A stretch of DNA of 64,000 bases from Betaproteobacteria bacterium (GCA_021732605.1 JAKFUS010000011.1:4226-68225), one strand, 5' to 3'; positions 1 through 8,741 are shown, counted from the first letter of the stretch. The notes: generated by a model not told the origin, from the sequence alone. Made by a program: numbers and translations.

Positions 1-1119
1 GCTGCGCCGCGATCGGCCTGGCCCATCAGTGTGGTCTGCGCAATGATGTTCCAGCGTGCCGGCGACTGCGTCAGCGCGTTTTCCAGCCATTGCTCCTGTG
101 TAGTGCCGAGCAGTGAGCGCCCCGGTTGCATGCGTTCCGGACATTCTAGGACATTGATCTGGTTGCCGCCGCCGCGCCCCTGGCGGGTGCACACCTGATA
201 GTCGCGGTACTGGCGCATGTCGAGCAGCTGGATGCGCGCGAGCTGGCCCATCGGGTGTGTGCCGTAAATTTTCATCTCCGGTCCGCCGCTGTAAGTGCCC
301 GGCGGCAGCGGCAGGTGTTCATACCAGGCTTGATAGGCTGCTGCACGGCGCAACAGAAACGCATCTACCGGATCCATGTCCTGCGAACGGTCGCGGGCGT
401 AATCGTTGTCGACCTCGTGGTCATCCCAGGTCACCAGCCACGGGCAGGCGGCGTGTGCGGCCTGCAGATTGGGATCGAGTTTGTACTGGGCGTAACGGTT
501 GCGGTAATCGGCCAGCGTATATGGCTCCGTGGTGTGGTGTTCTCGCACCTTGCCGCGGCCCCAGGAACCCTCGTAAATGTAGTCGCCGACATGCACCACA
601 AAATCCAGCGGCTGCTGCGCCATGTCGCGGTAGGCCGCGTAATGGCCGTGTTCATAGTGCTGGCAGGACGCAATCGCGAAGGCCAGCTTGCCGCGCGCAT
701 CATCGGCAGCCGGCGCGCTGCGTGTGCGGCCGGTGGCGCTGACCACATCACCGGCCATGAAGCGGTACCAGTACCAACGCGACGGTTCCAGCCCGCGCGC
801 CGACACATGCACGGCATGCGCGAACAGCGGCGTGGCAATAATTTCGCCGCGATCCACGATTTTGCTGAAGCGTGCATCCGCGGCAATTTCCCAGCGTACC
901 GGGACATTGGCGTCCGGCATGCCGCCGCCGTTCAGCGGATCGGGCGCGAGGCGCGTCCATAGCACCACCGAATCGGGTTGCGGATAACCAGAAGCAACAC
1001 CCAGCGAGAAAGGGTTCTGTGTAAAACGCGGCTGGGCGATGATGCGCTGTGACGGCAGGGCCAGTGCGGCGGAGAGTGCGGCGCTGCGGATGAGGAAACT
1101 GCGGCGGGTGTTGTGCATG
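1..1119 (-). CDS. phoD: Alkaline phosphatase D family (PhoD), partial; C-terminus lies off the left edge
   Basis: Own translation from ATG at 1119: MHNTRRSFLIRSAALSAALALP (twin-arginine signal), then VHVGDYIYE and WDDHEVDNDY metallophosphatase motifs. Absent from the ORF track because no stop falls inside the window. Confidence 0.8.
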
Positions 1120-1214
1120 GTGTGTGGAGCTTAACGCGGCAGCGTGACCGTGGGACTACAGCGAGTGTTGCACGACTGGATCCGGGTATTTTGGAGCGCC
1201 CACGGGAAATCCTG

Positions 1215-1247
1215 TAAATATTTGATTTTATTTATTATTTAATAAAG
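1215..1247 (+). repeat. AT-rich intergenic motif copy (a)
   Basis: taaatatttgattttatttattatttaataaag. Its reverse complement contains aATCAAatatTTA, which fits WATCAANNNNTTR. Confidence 0.6.
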
Positions 1248-1390
1248 AGTTCAGGAGGGTGGCCGGTTGCGAGGAACTGGCTATGATGCACGCTGATCCG
1301 GTGCAAAACGGCAACTAAAAATGGCACCTAAATTTGGCAACTAAAAATGTCAACTACTACACGTTGAGCGTAAGAACTTGAACAGCAACC

Positions 1391-2104
1391 ATGTGGATCG
1401 ATGACATACCTGCAGGTCGAGGTTGGACTTTCCTATGGGGTGGCAGAATCTTGTGCGGCTGCGGCGGGATTCGTGCTGTTGATGTGCGCTGCCCCGCCTG
1501 TGACGCTACGCCATATGACTGTTCGCCCCAAACTATCACGATGGACGATGGACGCACATTTGAGGTTGCCGCCACCTTTATGGGAGCGGAAGGTCGCTAC
1601 GAAGACTATCTTTATCTCCACATGATGGAGCACAAATGGACTCGCGCGACAGCGCCAGGCCATGAAATGCTCGCGGGCGTTTCAGAAAAAGCTTCCGTCG
1701 TTCTACTCTTCTGGACTTACTTTGAAACCCGGATAGAGAGGCTTCTGAGAATTGGCCTAAGAGGAGTTCCGGTCGCCTTGGCTGAAGATGCACTTGAGCG
1801 GTACTCTTCTATAGGAGCACGCTTGGACACACTTTATCGCGTTCTATTCGGAACAACTTATGAGAAGGACCTAAAGGATAGCGGGCACTTGGCGCTATGG
1901 TCACATCTAAAGCATGTTCAGAAGAGGCGCAATGAATTTATTCATGGTAACCCCAAGGCGATCGACGACACCTTGGTCAATGAGGTCGTTGCGGGGATGC
2001 GCCAAGAACACGAAGCGTGGATTGACGTCTTCAATAGGCGTATCCGTGCGTCGCGCGCCCAACAGCCGCTTGCAGGGGACGCGCCACAAGCGGCGCGCCC
2101 CTGA
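1391..2104 (+). CDS. Hypothetical protein with an N-terminal 4-Cys cluster (possible zinc ribbon) and a C-terminal helical region carrying an R-N-x3-H (HEPN-like) motif
   Basis: 237-aa ORF. Cys cluster is LCGCGG...RCPACD (C22, C24, C34, C37). KRRNEFIHG sits at aa 178-186 (R180 at nt 1928-1930, H185 at nt 1943-1945). GC looks lower than in the flanks. Confidence 0.55.
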   Translation: MWIDDIPAGRGWTFLWGGRILCGCGGIRAVDVRCPACDATPYDCSPQTITMDDGRTFEVAATFMGAEGRYEDYLYLHMMEHKWTRATAPGHEMLAGVSEKASVVLLFWTYFETRIERLLRIGLRGVPVALAEDALERYSSIGARLDTLYRVLFGTTYEKDLKDSGHLALWSHLKHVQKRRNEFIHGNPKAIDDTLVNEVVAGMRQEHEAWIDVFNRRIRASRAQQPLAGDAPQAARP

Positions 2105-2126
2105 ACCGGGACGTTAGCGCCCACAA

Positions 2127-2154
2127 TGCAAGGAATCGGAGCCCGGCGTAGAAT
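2127..2154 (+). promoter_or_regulatory. Candidate sigma70 promoter for the TA pair (TGCAAG, 16-nt spacer, TAGAAT)
   Basis: TAGAAT at 2149-2154 and a GGAGGG Shine-Dalgarno (SD) at 2167-2172 lie ahead of the ATG at 2180. The -35 is weak. Confidence 0.3.
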
Positions 2155-2179
2155 CAAACGATTTTTGGAGGGTGCTGCC

Positions 2180-2410
2180 ATGTCAACCACGCTCAAGGAA
2201 CTTGAACATCAGGCGCGTGCGCTATCGCCGGACGAACGCGCCCGGCTCGCGGATGTACTGCTGGAGTCGCTGCGGGATGCGCCGTTTGCTGAAATCGAGG
2301 CTGCCTGGAACTTGGAGATTGAGAAACGGGTCGCCGCATATGACCGTGGTGAACTGGAGACGTTTTCGGCAGAGAGCGTATTTGCCGAGGCCAGGCGCCT
2401 TGCCCGGTGA
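2180..2410 (+). CDS. Putative addiction-module antitoxin (small acidic/helical component)
   Basis: MSTTLKELEHQARALSPDERARLADVLLESL... is typical of short antitoxins paired with ParE/RelE toxins. An internal ATG with a good SD was chosen. The stop overlaps the next gene's start. Confidence 0.65.
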   Translation: MSTTLKELEHQARALSPDERARLADVLLESLRDAPFAEIEAAWNLEIEKRVAAYDRGELETFSAESVFAEARRLAR

Positions 2411-2709
2411 GGCGCGCGCGGTTTATCGCCGCAGCACGGCTCGAGTTTCTTGCCGAGATTGTTTACTACAATGAAGCGCAGTCGGGATTGGGTGAGCGTT
2501 TCACTGCCGCAGTAGAAGAAGCCGCGGCCCGCGCTGCCAGCTTTCCTCTGTCGGGCTTGCCATCGCTTGCAAAGACGCGGCGCATTATCGTCAAGGGTTT
2601 TCCGTTCGCGCTTTTCTATCGGCCGGAATCAGATGATATTGTGGTCTTCGCGGTTGCGCACCATGCGCGACAGCCCTTCTACTGGCAGTCGCGCGCAGGC
2701 GCTCGCTAA
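2407..2709 (+). CDS. Type II toxin, RelE/ParE family
   Basis: 100 aa. The pattern ...IVKGFPFALFYRPESDDIVVFAVAHHARQP is characteristic of ParE-like plasmid-stabilisation toxins. GTG start, 4-nt overlap with the antitoxin. Confidence 0.7.
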   Translation: MRRARFIAAARLEFLAEIVYYNEAQSGLGERFTAAVEEAAARAASFPLSGLPSLAKTRRIIVKGFPFALFYRPESDDIVVFAVAHHARQPFYWQSRAGAR

Positions 2710-2735
2710 TCACAGGCTGAACGGACAGACCGCAA

Positions 2736-3155
2736 GTGCTCGCTTCCTCAGCCCTGATCATCGCCAGCGCCGCAATCATCCTGCTGCTGGGCCTGGTGCA
2801 TCTGCTCTACACCTGCCGTGGTCGCAAGCTGCATCCCCGCGACGATGAACTCGAGGCCCGGATGAAGGAGGTCACGCCGGTGCTCACCCGCCAGACAACG
2901 ATGTGGAAAGCCTGGGTGGGGTTCAATGCCAGCCACAGTTTCGGCGCGATCCTGTTCGGCCTGGTTTATGGTTATCTCGCGCTGTTGCACAGTGCCTTCC
3001 TGTTGCAGTCACCATTCCTGCTCGGGTTAGGCTTGCTGCTGCTCGGCGGTTATGTGTTTCTCGGCTGGCGTTACTGGTTCAGCGTGCCGTTCCGCAGCAT
3101 CGTGGCGGCGGCTGTGTGTTATGCGGCTGCGCTGGTGCTGCTCTGGATTGGATGA
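2736..3155 (+). CDS. Small integral membrane protein (about 4 predicted TM helices)
   Basis: 139-aa hydrophobic ORF. Its stop overlaps the next start (ATGA at 3152-3155). Confidence 0.55.
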   Translation: MLASSALIIASAAIILLLGLVHLLYTCRGRKLHPRDDELEARMKEVTPVLTRQTTMWKAWVGFNASHSFGAILFGLVYGYLALLHSAFLLQSPFLLGLGLLLLGGYVFLGWRYWFSVPFRSIVAAAVCYAAALVLLWIG

Positions 3156-3601
3156 AAACGTCCATCGCTGAAAACATCCGCAGCGCGCGTATCCGCGCCG
3201 GCAAATCCCGTTCCGAAGCAGCGGCACATCTTGCGCTGAATCCGGCCTGGTATGACGATCTGGAGCAGCGCGACGGTGAACTGGCGGCAACGCTGACATT
3301 GTTTCAGGGTGTGGCGCTGGCGGAGTTGTTCGGCTTGCGTCTCGCGGAGCTGTTTGGTGAAACCGTACCCATAGGAGAACGTGTGGCTTTGCCGGATTTG
3401 CCGGAACGCATCCGCACGCATGTGGCTGCGGCCGGTATCTCAATGGAACTACTTGAGCAGCAACTGGGCTGGGAACTGGGGCCATTCCTCGAGGCTCCGG
3501 TGCAGCTGGCCACCGAATTGCCAATCGCTTTTTTCCAGACGCTGGCCGTTGCCCTGGGCTTGCACTGGCTATTGCTGGTGCCGGATGATGCAACCGGTTG
3601 A
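3152..3601 (+). CDS. XRE-family helix-turn-helix protein
   Basis: MKTSIAENIRSARIRAGKSRSEAAAHLALNPAWYDDLEQRDGEL...LAELFG has an XRE/Cro-like HTH layout. The start was taken at the internal ATG of track ORF 2903..3601. Confidence 0.6.
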   Translation: MKTSIAENIRSARIRAGKSRSEAAAHLALNPAWYDDLEQRDGELAATLTLFQGVALAELFGLRLAELFGETVPIGERVALPDLPERIRTHVAAAGISMELLEQQLGWELGPFLEAPVQLATELPIAFFQTLAVALGLHWLLLVPDDATG

Positions 3602-3629
3602 GTCTTTTGCCGATGCCGGAAAGGGCGGG

Positions 3630-4007
3630 ATGATGAGCAAGCCGGATAACAATATGTTGCCGTATGCCCTCTCTTTCATTGCCGGATTGGCAATCTGCCT
3701 GTTCATTACAGTGACGTCCGGACGCAAGGAGGCCTGGGATGCCCCCGCCTATTTCACCGTCGGCATTCCGATGATGTGTCTGGTGATTTTCGCCATCAGT
3801 TACTGGTTTCCGCAGCGTGCCTGGCGCTGGGCGCTGAGCATGGCGATCGGGCAATCCGTGGCGATGGTGATGGGGGGAGGGTCGGCGTCACTGTGGCCGC
3901 TGGCCATCATTGCGATGACGGTGGTGTCGGTGCCGCAGTTCATTGTGGCCATGGTCGCCAGCGGCATCGCGAAAAAAATGGCGCCCCCGGATGAGTCTGG
4001 ACCCTAG
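3630..4007 (+). CDS. Small integral membrane protein
   Basis: MMSKPDNNMLPYALSFIAGLAICLFITV... has four hydrophobic segments. The start was taken at the internal ATG of track ORF 3381..4007. Confidence 0.5.
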   Translation: MMSKPDNNMLPYALSFIAGLAICLFITVTSGRKEAWDAPAYFTVGIPMMCLVIFAISYWFPQRAWRWALSMAIGQSVAMVMGGGSASLWPLAIIAMTVVSVPQFIVAMVASGIAKKMAPPDESGP

Positions 4008-4471
4008 CGCGCCTTCTTCCCGTAGTCATCGATTTTTTCGCTCAACTCGGTCAGTTCTTCGCACGGCTTGGTGCAAAGCCTGGCCAGCGCTGCGCGCTGT
4101 TCTTCAGCCTTGGCGAGGTTGTTCTGCAGCAGGTAGAGCTCGCCGAGGTATTCGTGCGCGCCCAGGTGTTTGGGGTCCAGGGCCAACGCGCGGCCGTAAT
4201 GTTTCAGTGCCAGCTCGAAGTTGCCGCTGTTGCGCTGGGCATAACCCAGCAGGTTGTGGGTATCGGCGTTGTTGTTGTCGCGTTTCGCGGCGGCGTTGAG
4301 TGCGGCAATCGCGCGCGGCCAGTCTTTGGCGGCGACGGCAGCCTTGCCTGCGGCGTAATCGGGGTCGGCTTTGGTCGCGACGGGTTCGGTGCTTTCAGGG
4401 TACATCGCCGGAACGCCAGGGGCATGCAAAGTGGCGGTGGCGCAAAGCAGCAGGGACAGGATGCGGTGCAT
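4004..4471 (-). CDS. Secreted TPR-repeat protein
   Basis: Signal peptide MHRILSLLLCATATLHA, then TPR-like repeats (NLLGYAQRNSGNFELALKHYGRALALDP...). Start at an internal ATG. Confidence 0.65.
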   Translation of the reverse strand: MHRILSLLLCATATLHAPGVPAMYPESTEPVATKADPDYAAGKAAVAAKDWPRAIAALNAAAKRDNNNADTHNLLGYAQRNSGNFELALKHYGRALALDPKHLGAHEYLGELYLLQNNLAKAEEQRAALARLCTKPCEELTELSEKIDDYGKKAR

Positions 4472-4525
4472 GGCAGGCCTTTCTGGTAAACAGCTTCGGC
4501 GCCGGCCGGGGAGGCACCAGCCTGC

Positions 4526-5431
4526 GTGGGATACCATAAGACTGTGGCAAATCGATTAAACATCATCGGTCCCGGCCGTGTCGGGCGTACCTTGGGCGCC
4601 TTGTTGCAGCGTGCGGGCCTGTGCACGGTGCAGGATGTGCTGAGCGCGGAAATCGCCACTGCCGAGTCCGCCGCGGCCTTCATCGGTGCTGGTCGTGCGG
4701 TACGGGTGTTGCGCGATATGCATGCCGCAAACATCTGGCTGCTGACGCCGCCCGATGCGGCGATTGCATCCACCGCACTGGCGCTGGCGTCAGCAGGTCA
4801 AGTGCGCCGGGGCGATGTGGTGTTTCATTGCAGCGGGTCGCAAGCTTCCAGTCTCCTCGCGCCGCTGGCCGCAGCGGGCGCATGGATGGCCAGTGTGCAT
4901 CCGCTGAAGAGTTTTGCCGATCCGGATGCGGCGGTGCAAAGCTTCAAGGGCACGTATTGCGCGGTAGAGGGCGATGCTGCGGCGCTGGCGGTGTTGACGC
5001 CGCTGTTCGAATCACTCGGTGCGCAGTTGGCGGTGATCGATCCCGCCGGAAAAACGCTGTATCACGCCGCGAGTGTGCTGGTGTGCAACGACCTGACCGC
5101 CTTGATGGAGGCGGGATTGCGTACTTATGAGCAAGCCGGCATCGAACGGGCCACGGCGCAAAGCATGATGGAGCCGCTGGTGCGTGAGACGCTGGACAAT
5201 ATTTTCGCGCTGGGCACCACGCGCGCGCTGACCGGACCGGTGGCGCGCGGCGATGCCGATGTGCTGACGCGCCAGCTCGCGGCACTCGAAGCGCTGGATC
5301 CGCGCATTGCCGATGCTTATCGTGCACTGAACCGCATTGCGCTGGATTTGGCGCGGGCGCAGGGTGGGGCGTCGGCAGCGGCGTTGGATGCCGTCGATCA
5401 GACTTTAAAAAATAACCATAAAATCAGATAG
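4526..5431 (+). CDS. Rossmann-fold protein of the DUF2520 type (predicted NAD(P)-binding oxidoreductase-like)
   Basis: N-terminal NIIGPGRVGRTLG dinucleotide-binding motif. The C-terminal LTGPVARGD pattern is typical of DUF2520. Confidence 0.6.
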   Translation: MGYHKTVANRLNIIGPGRVGRTLGALLQRAGLCTVQDVLSAEIATAESAAAFIGAGRAVRVLRDMHAANIWLLTPPDAAIASTALALASAGQVRRGDVVFHCSGSQASSLLAPLAAAGAWMASVHPLKSFADPDAAVQSFKGTYCAVEGDAAALAVLTPLFESLGAQLAVIDPAGKTLYHAASVLVCNDLTALMEAGLRTYEQAGIERATAQSMMEPLVRETLDNIFALGTTRALTGPVARGDADVLTRQLAALEALDPRIADAYRALNRIALDLARAQGGASAAALDAVDQTLKNNHKIR

Positions 5432-5440
5432 TTATAATAT
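5406..5440 (-). repeat. AT-rich intergenic motif copy (b)
   Basis: Reverse complement reads ataactatctgattttatggttatttttt. Confidence 0.5.
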
Positions 5441-5497
5441 ATCTTCAGAGAGTGGGCGCAAGGCGGATGGCAATCCGTCGCTTGTTACAATCAAGCG

Positions 5498-6481
5498 ATG
5501 AACCAAGCCCTGATTGTTGCAACACCGGCCACTGACACGCTGGACACGATACGTACTCAAGTCTTGCGCGGCATCGCACTCAACCGCGAACCCGGTTATC
5601 ACTTCGCCGGCAATTTCCTCGACCTGTCATACGACCATGTGGGCACCGATTACACCGCGCTGTCGGTGGATGTCGCGCCGCATTGCGCGGAAGCCGACAG
5701 GCAACTCAATCTTTCCGGCTTTGCCATCCTCGCCGACCTGGTGATGGCCGCCGCGGTGCGCTCCGGTTTGCCGTCGCATACGCGGCTGGCCACGGTGACG
5801 ATGAATCTGCAATTCACCGGCGCGGCGCGCACTGGAAGACTTTCGGGCCGCGGCGCGATGCACGGTTTTGTGCAGGGCGCTGCCGGTCGCCAGGGCATCA
5901 GCACGCTGGCCATCAATGGGGATACCGGGCTGGTGTGCACGGGCACCGCCACCTTCATGATGCTGAAACCGCCGAAGGGCGTGGAGCTGCATCCGGTGCC
6001 GCACCGCCGCCGCGGCGAAAATCCGACGCCGGACATTCCCGGCGGCAAGCTGCGTCCCGACGAGAAAAAAGTGTTGGCCACGGCCGATGCTGCGATAGCC
6101 GATGTGCGCGCGCATGGCGGCTCGTTCATCCAGCGTTTCTGGGGCGTGCAGGCCAAGCATGTCGCGGGCACCGCCCAGTCGACTGTCAAAAATGGTCCGC
6201 ATATCGGTAATCGCGTTGGTCATGTGCAGGGCGGCATCCTGCTCGGGCTCGCCGCCGAGAACGCGCTTGCGGCGCTGACGCCGCACTGGTCGCTGACGGC
6301 GTTGTCGGCCTGGTACATCAGTCCCGGTGAGGGCCGCTCGCTGAAAATCAAATCCAAAGTCGTGCATCACGGCCGGCTGATCGCCGTGGTGCGCACCGAA
6401 GTCAGCTGCCGCGGCAAGGATGGACGTCCGCGCAAGGTCTTCGAGCTGATGACCACGCACGCCTGCAAGGCCGAATCATGA
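5498..6481 (+). CDS. Tandem hotdog-fold (PaaI-like) thioesterase
   Basis: 327 aa with two hotdog-like halves. The second half carries GHVQGGILLGLAAENA, which is typical of PaaI. Confidence 0.55.
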   Translation: MNQALIVATPATDTLDTIRTQVLRGIALNREPGYHFAGNFLDLSYDHVGTDYTALSVDVAPHCAEADRQLNLSGFAILADLVMAAAVRSGLPSHTRLATVTMNLQFTGAARTGRLSGRGAMHGFVQGAAGRQGISTLAINGDTGLVCTGTATFMMLKPPKGVELHPVPHRRRGENPTPDIPGGKLRPDEKKVLATADAAIADVRAHGGSFIQRFWGVQAKHVAGTAQSTVKNGPHIGNRVGHVQGGILLGLAAENALAALTPHWSLTALSAWYISPGEGRSLKIKSKVVHHGRLIAVVRTEVSCRGKDGRPRKVFELMTTHACKAES

Positions 6482-6508
6482 TGTCGTCGTATTCGTGCCA
6501 TCCTGCAT

Positions 6509-6547
6509 CCCTCACCCCCGACCCCTCTCCCGCGGGGAGAGGGGAGG
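6509..6547. repeat. GC-rich REP-like palindrome (family ccctcaccc..ctctcccNNgggagaggg)
   Basis: ccctcacccccgacccctctcccgcggggagaggggagg. Intergenic. Same family as the copies at 32836, 36444 and 59011. Confidence 0.8.
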
Positions 6548-6594
6548 CATCAGCAGAAAATGGCCAATGGCCATTTTCTGGATGTTGATCGGTC

Positions 6595-7698
6595 ATGGCG
6601 CTGCGCACGCTGTCGGGCAAACATGCGGATCCGCGCAAGGGGCGCGGTGCGGGGGTTAATCCCGAGGGCCGGTTCGAGCAGGTCGAGCGCGAGGCCTATG
6701 ATGACGGCTGGCAGGACGGTATCGAAGAAGAGCCGGTCGCATTAAAAACCGTGGTCACTGACGAATGCGCGAAATCAATCATCTCGCGCAATGATTCGCC
6801 GGACATTCCATTCACGCAGTCGATCAATCCCTACCAGGGTTGCGAACATGGATGTATCTATTGTTATGCGCGGCCCAGCCATGCCTACCGCAATCTGTCG
6901 CCGGGCATCGATTTCGAGACACGGATTTTTGCCAAGGTGAATGCGGCGGAATTGTTGCGCAAGGAGTTGTCGAAACCGGGTTACCAGTGCGCGCTGATCG
7001 CGCTGGGTGCCAACACCGATCCGTACCAGCCGGCGGAACGCAGCCGCGGCATCACCCGCGGCATCCTCGAAGTCTGCGCCGAATTCAATCAGCCGGTGGG
7101 CATCGTTACCAAGAATGCGCTGGTCGAGCGCGACATTGACATCCTCGCAGCGATGGCAAAAAAGGGACTGGCGGAGGTGTTTGTATCGGTGACCACGCTG
7201 GATCATGAACTGGCGCGGCGGATGGAGCCGCGCTGCACCGCGCCGGCGCGGCGCTTGCAGGCAGTGCGTGCATTGGCGGAGGCGAGCATCCCGGCGGGGG
7301 TGATGGTGGCGCCGATAGTGCCGTTCCTCAACGATCACGAAATCGAGGCCATCGTCGAGGCCGCGGCCGCACATGGCGCGCAACGCGCGGCCTATATCCT
7401 GATGCGCCTGCCGTACGAAGTGAAAACGCTGTTCCGCGACTGGCTGGAGCGGCATTACCCGTTGAAGGCGGCGCATGTGATGAGCCGGGTGCAGGCGATG
7501 CGCGGCGGGCGCGACAACGATCCGGAGTTCGGCAGTCGCATGCGCGGTGCTGGTGAGTTTGCGGATTTGTTAAAACAGCGCTTCAACGTCGCTTGCAAAA
7601 AAGCCGGGCTGAATCAGGCGCGGCGCGGTGAAGGTAGCCAGCGCGACACCACGCAATTCCGGGTACCGGGCGTGGCAAAACAGGGCAGCCTGTTTTGA
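6595..7698 (+). CDS. Radical SAM protein (PA0069-like family)
   Basis: N-terminal KGRGAGVNPEGRFE and a CEHGCIYCY Cx3Cx2C cluster. Confidence 0.75.
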   Translation: MALRTLSGKHADPRKGRGAGVNPEGRFEQVEREAYDDGWQDGIEEEPVALKTVVTDECAKSIISRNDSPDIPFTQSINPYQGCEHGCIYCYARPSHAYRNLSPGIDFETRIFAKVNAAELLRKELSKPGYQCALIALGANTDPYQPAERSRGITRGILEVCAEFNQPVGIVTKNALVERDIDILAAMAKKGLAEVFVSVTTLDHELARRMEPRCTAPARRLQAVRALAEASIPAGVMVAPIVPFLNDHEIEAIVEAAAAHGAQRAAYILMRLPYEVKTLFRDWLERHYPLKAAHVMSRVQAMRGGRDNDPEFGSRMRGAGEFADLLKQRFNVACKKAGLNQARRGEGSQRDTTQFRVPGVAKQGSLF

Positions 7699-7744
7699 AT
7701 CCAGAAAATGTCATTGAACAATCGTATTGTTCGCAATTTTAATC

Positions 7745-7975
7745 AGCTGGTGCCGCGCTTGCTCAAATGCTCGCCCAATGCGCGCATGACATAGGAGGTA
7801 TCCGTCGAGTCGTGCATCAACACGCCGCCGCGCGGATTGGACGCGGCCAACTCGAGATTGATGTTCTAGTTGACTTACTGCGCAAACGGATCTGCTTCTG
7901 CCCGCGGCATACCGATTGACTGAGCGCTGACCCTCGTTCCTTCCTGCCAATCACCTTGCTCTTGAGTTCGGCAAA
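7745..7975 (-). pseudogene. Degraded remnant, possibly of a polysaccharide-deacetylase-like gene
   Basis: Own translation gives only broken frames: DWQEGTRVSAQSIGMPRAEADPFAQ(stop), then NINLELAASNPRGGVLMHDSTDTSYVMRALGEHLSKRGTS(stop). GGVLMHD resembles the C-terminal ILLHD motif of NodB-type deacetylases. Confidence 0.3.
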
Positions 7976-7991
7976 CATTTGGGTTTCAAAA

Positions 7992-8741
7992 CTATTCTGT
8001 TTCCGGGGCTGAACGACGCAGGCTAGCGATCAGGCCGCGGCCATACAATCCACGGGTCAGCAAATGCCTGGCAACCATGAGCGTGATCAGTGCAATATCG
8101 CGGACCGGGCGAAAATGACTGGGACGGCCGGCAAGAGGATAAATTGCTGGAATCGGAACGGGCCGGCCGTGAATGTTGTGCCACCCGGCAAGAATCAATA
8201 TTTCGCTTTCAAGCACAAAGCCTGGTCGTTTTTCGATGAGCGGGAGTAATTTCTCCAACACGACGGCCGGATATACCCGGAAACCGGACTGGCTATCGTT
8301 GATCGGATAACCGGCAGCCCAGGCAATCCAGAAATTGGCAAAGCGATTGGCGAAATACCGTGCCGTTGGAATATTCTTTTTTTCGTGCAACCGGGAGCCG
8401 ATGACAAGAGAGGCCGGGTGTTGTCCCGATTCCGCCAGCAATAAGGGGATATCCCGCGGCCGGTGTTGTCCGTCGCCGTCGAGGGTAACCACCACTTCTG
8501 CGCCTAATGCAAGTGTCTTACGAAATCCGTCCGCAAGGCTGCGCGATTTACCCAGATTTTTTTCATGACGAATCAGGTGTACGGGCAGATCACGAAGTAA
8601 GTCCGCGGTGCCGTCAGTCGAGCCGTCGTCAACCACGACCACCAGCTCGATTTCAGCAAGTACGCCTGAAACAACCGCGCGTAAAGTCTGGGCTTCGTTG
8701 TAGGCGGGGATTACTGCCGCTACCCGGCGTTGACTGTTCAT
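7992..8741 (-). CDS. Family 2 glycosyltransferase
   Basis: VAAVIPAYNEAQTL...VVVDDGSTDGT...TLDGDGQH motifs. The internal ATG gives a 4-nt overlap with the upstream fabG-like gene. Confidence 0.75.
   Translation of the reverse strand: MNSQRRVAAVIPAYNEAQTLRAVVSGVLAEIELVVVVDDGSTDGTADLLRDLPVHLIRHEKNLGKSRSLADGFRKTLALGAEVVVTLDGDGQHRPRDIPLLLAESGQHPASLVIGSRLHEKKNIPTARYFANRFANFWIAWAAGYPINDSQSGFRVYPAVVLEKLLPLIEKRPGFVLESEILILAGWHNIHGRPVPIPAIYPLAGRPSHFRPVRDIALITLMVARHLLTRGLYGRGLIASLRRSAPETE

Noticed and set aside
255-987. Several track ORFs (255..962 +, 257..742 +, 431..907 -, 688..987 +) in the first kilobase.
   Set aside because: All overlap the PhoD reading frame, which has clear motifs but is missing from the track because it runs off the window edge. 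Their sequences look like out-of-frame noise.
1144-1161. Pho-box-like sequence upstream of phoD (minus strand ctgtagt-ccca-cggtcac, resembling CTGTCAT-N4-CTGTCAC).
   Set aside because: Only 5/7 and 6/7 matches, a GC-rich 4-nt spacer where an A/T-rich one is expected, and only ~26 nt to the ATG, which leaves almost no room for a -10 element and 5' UTR. Too weak to call without a species-specific matrix.
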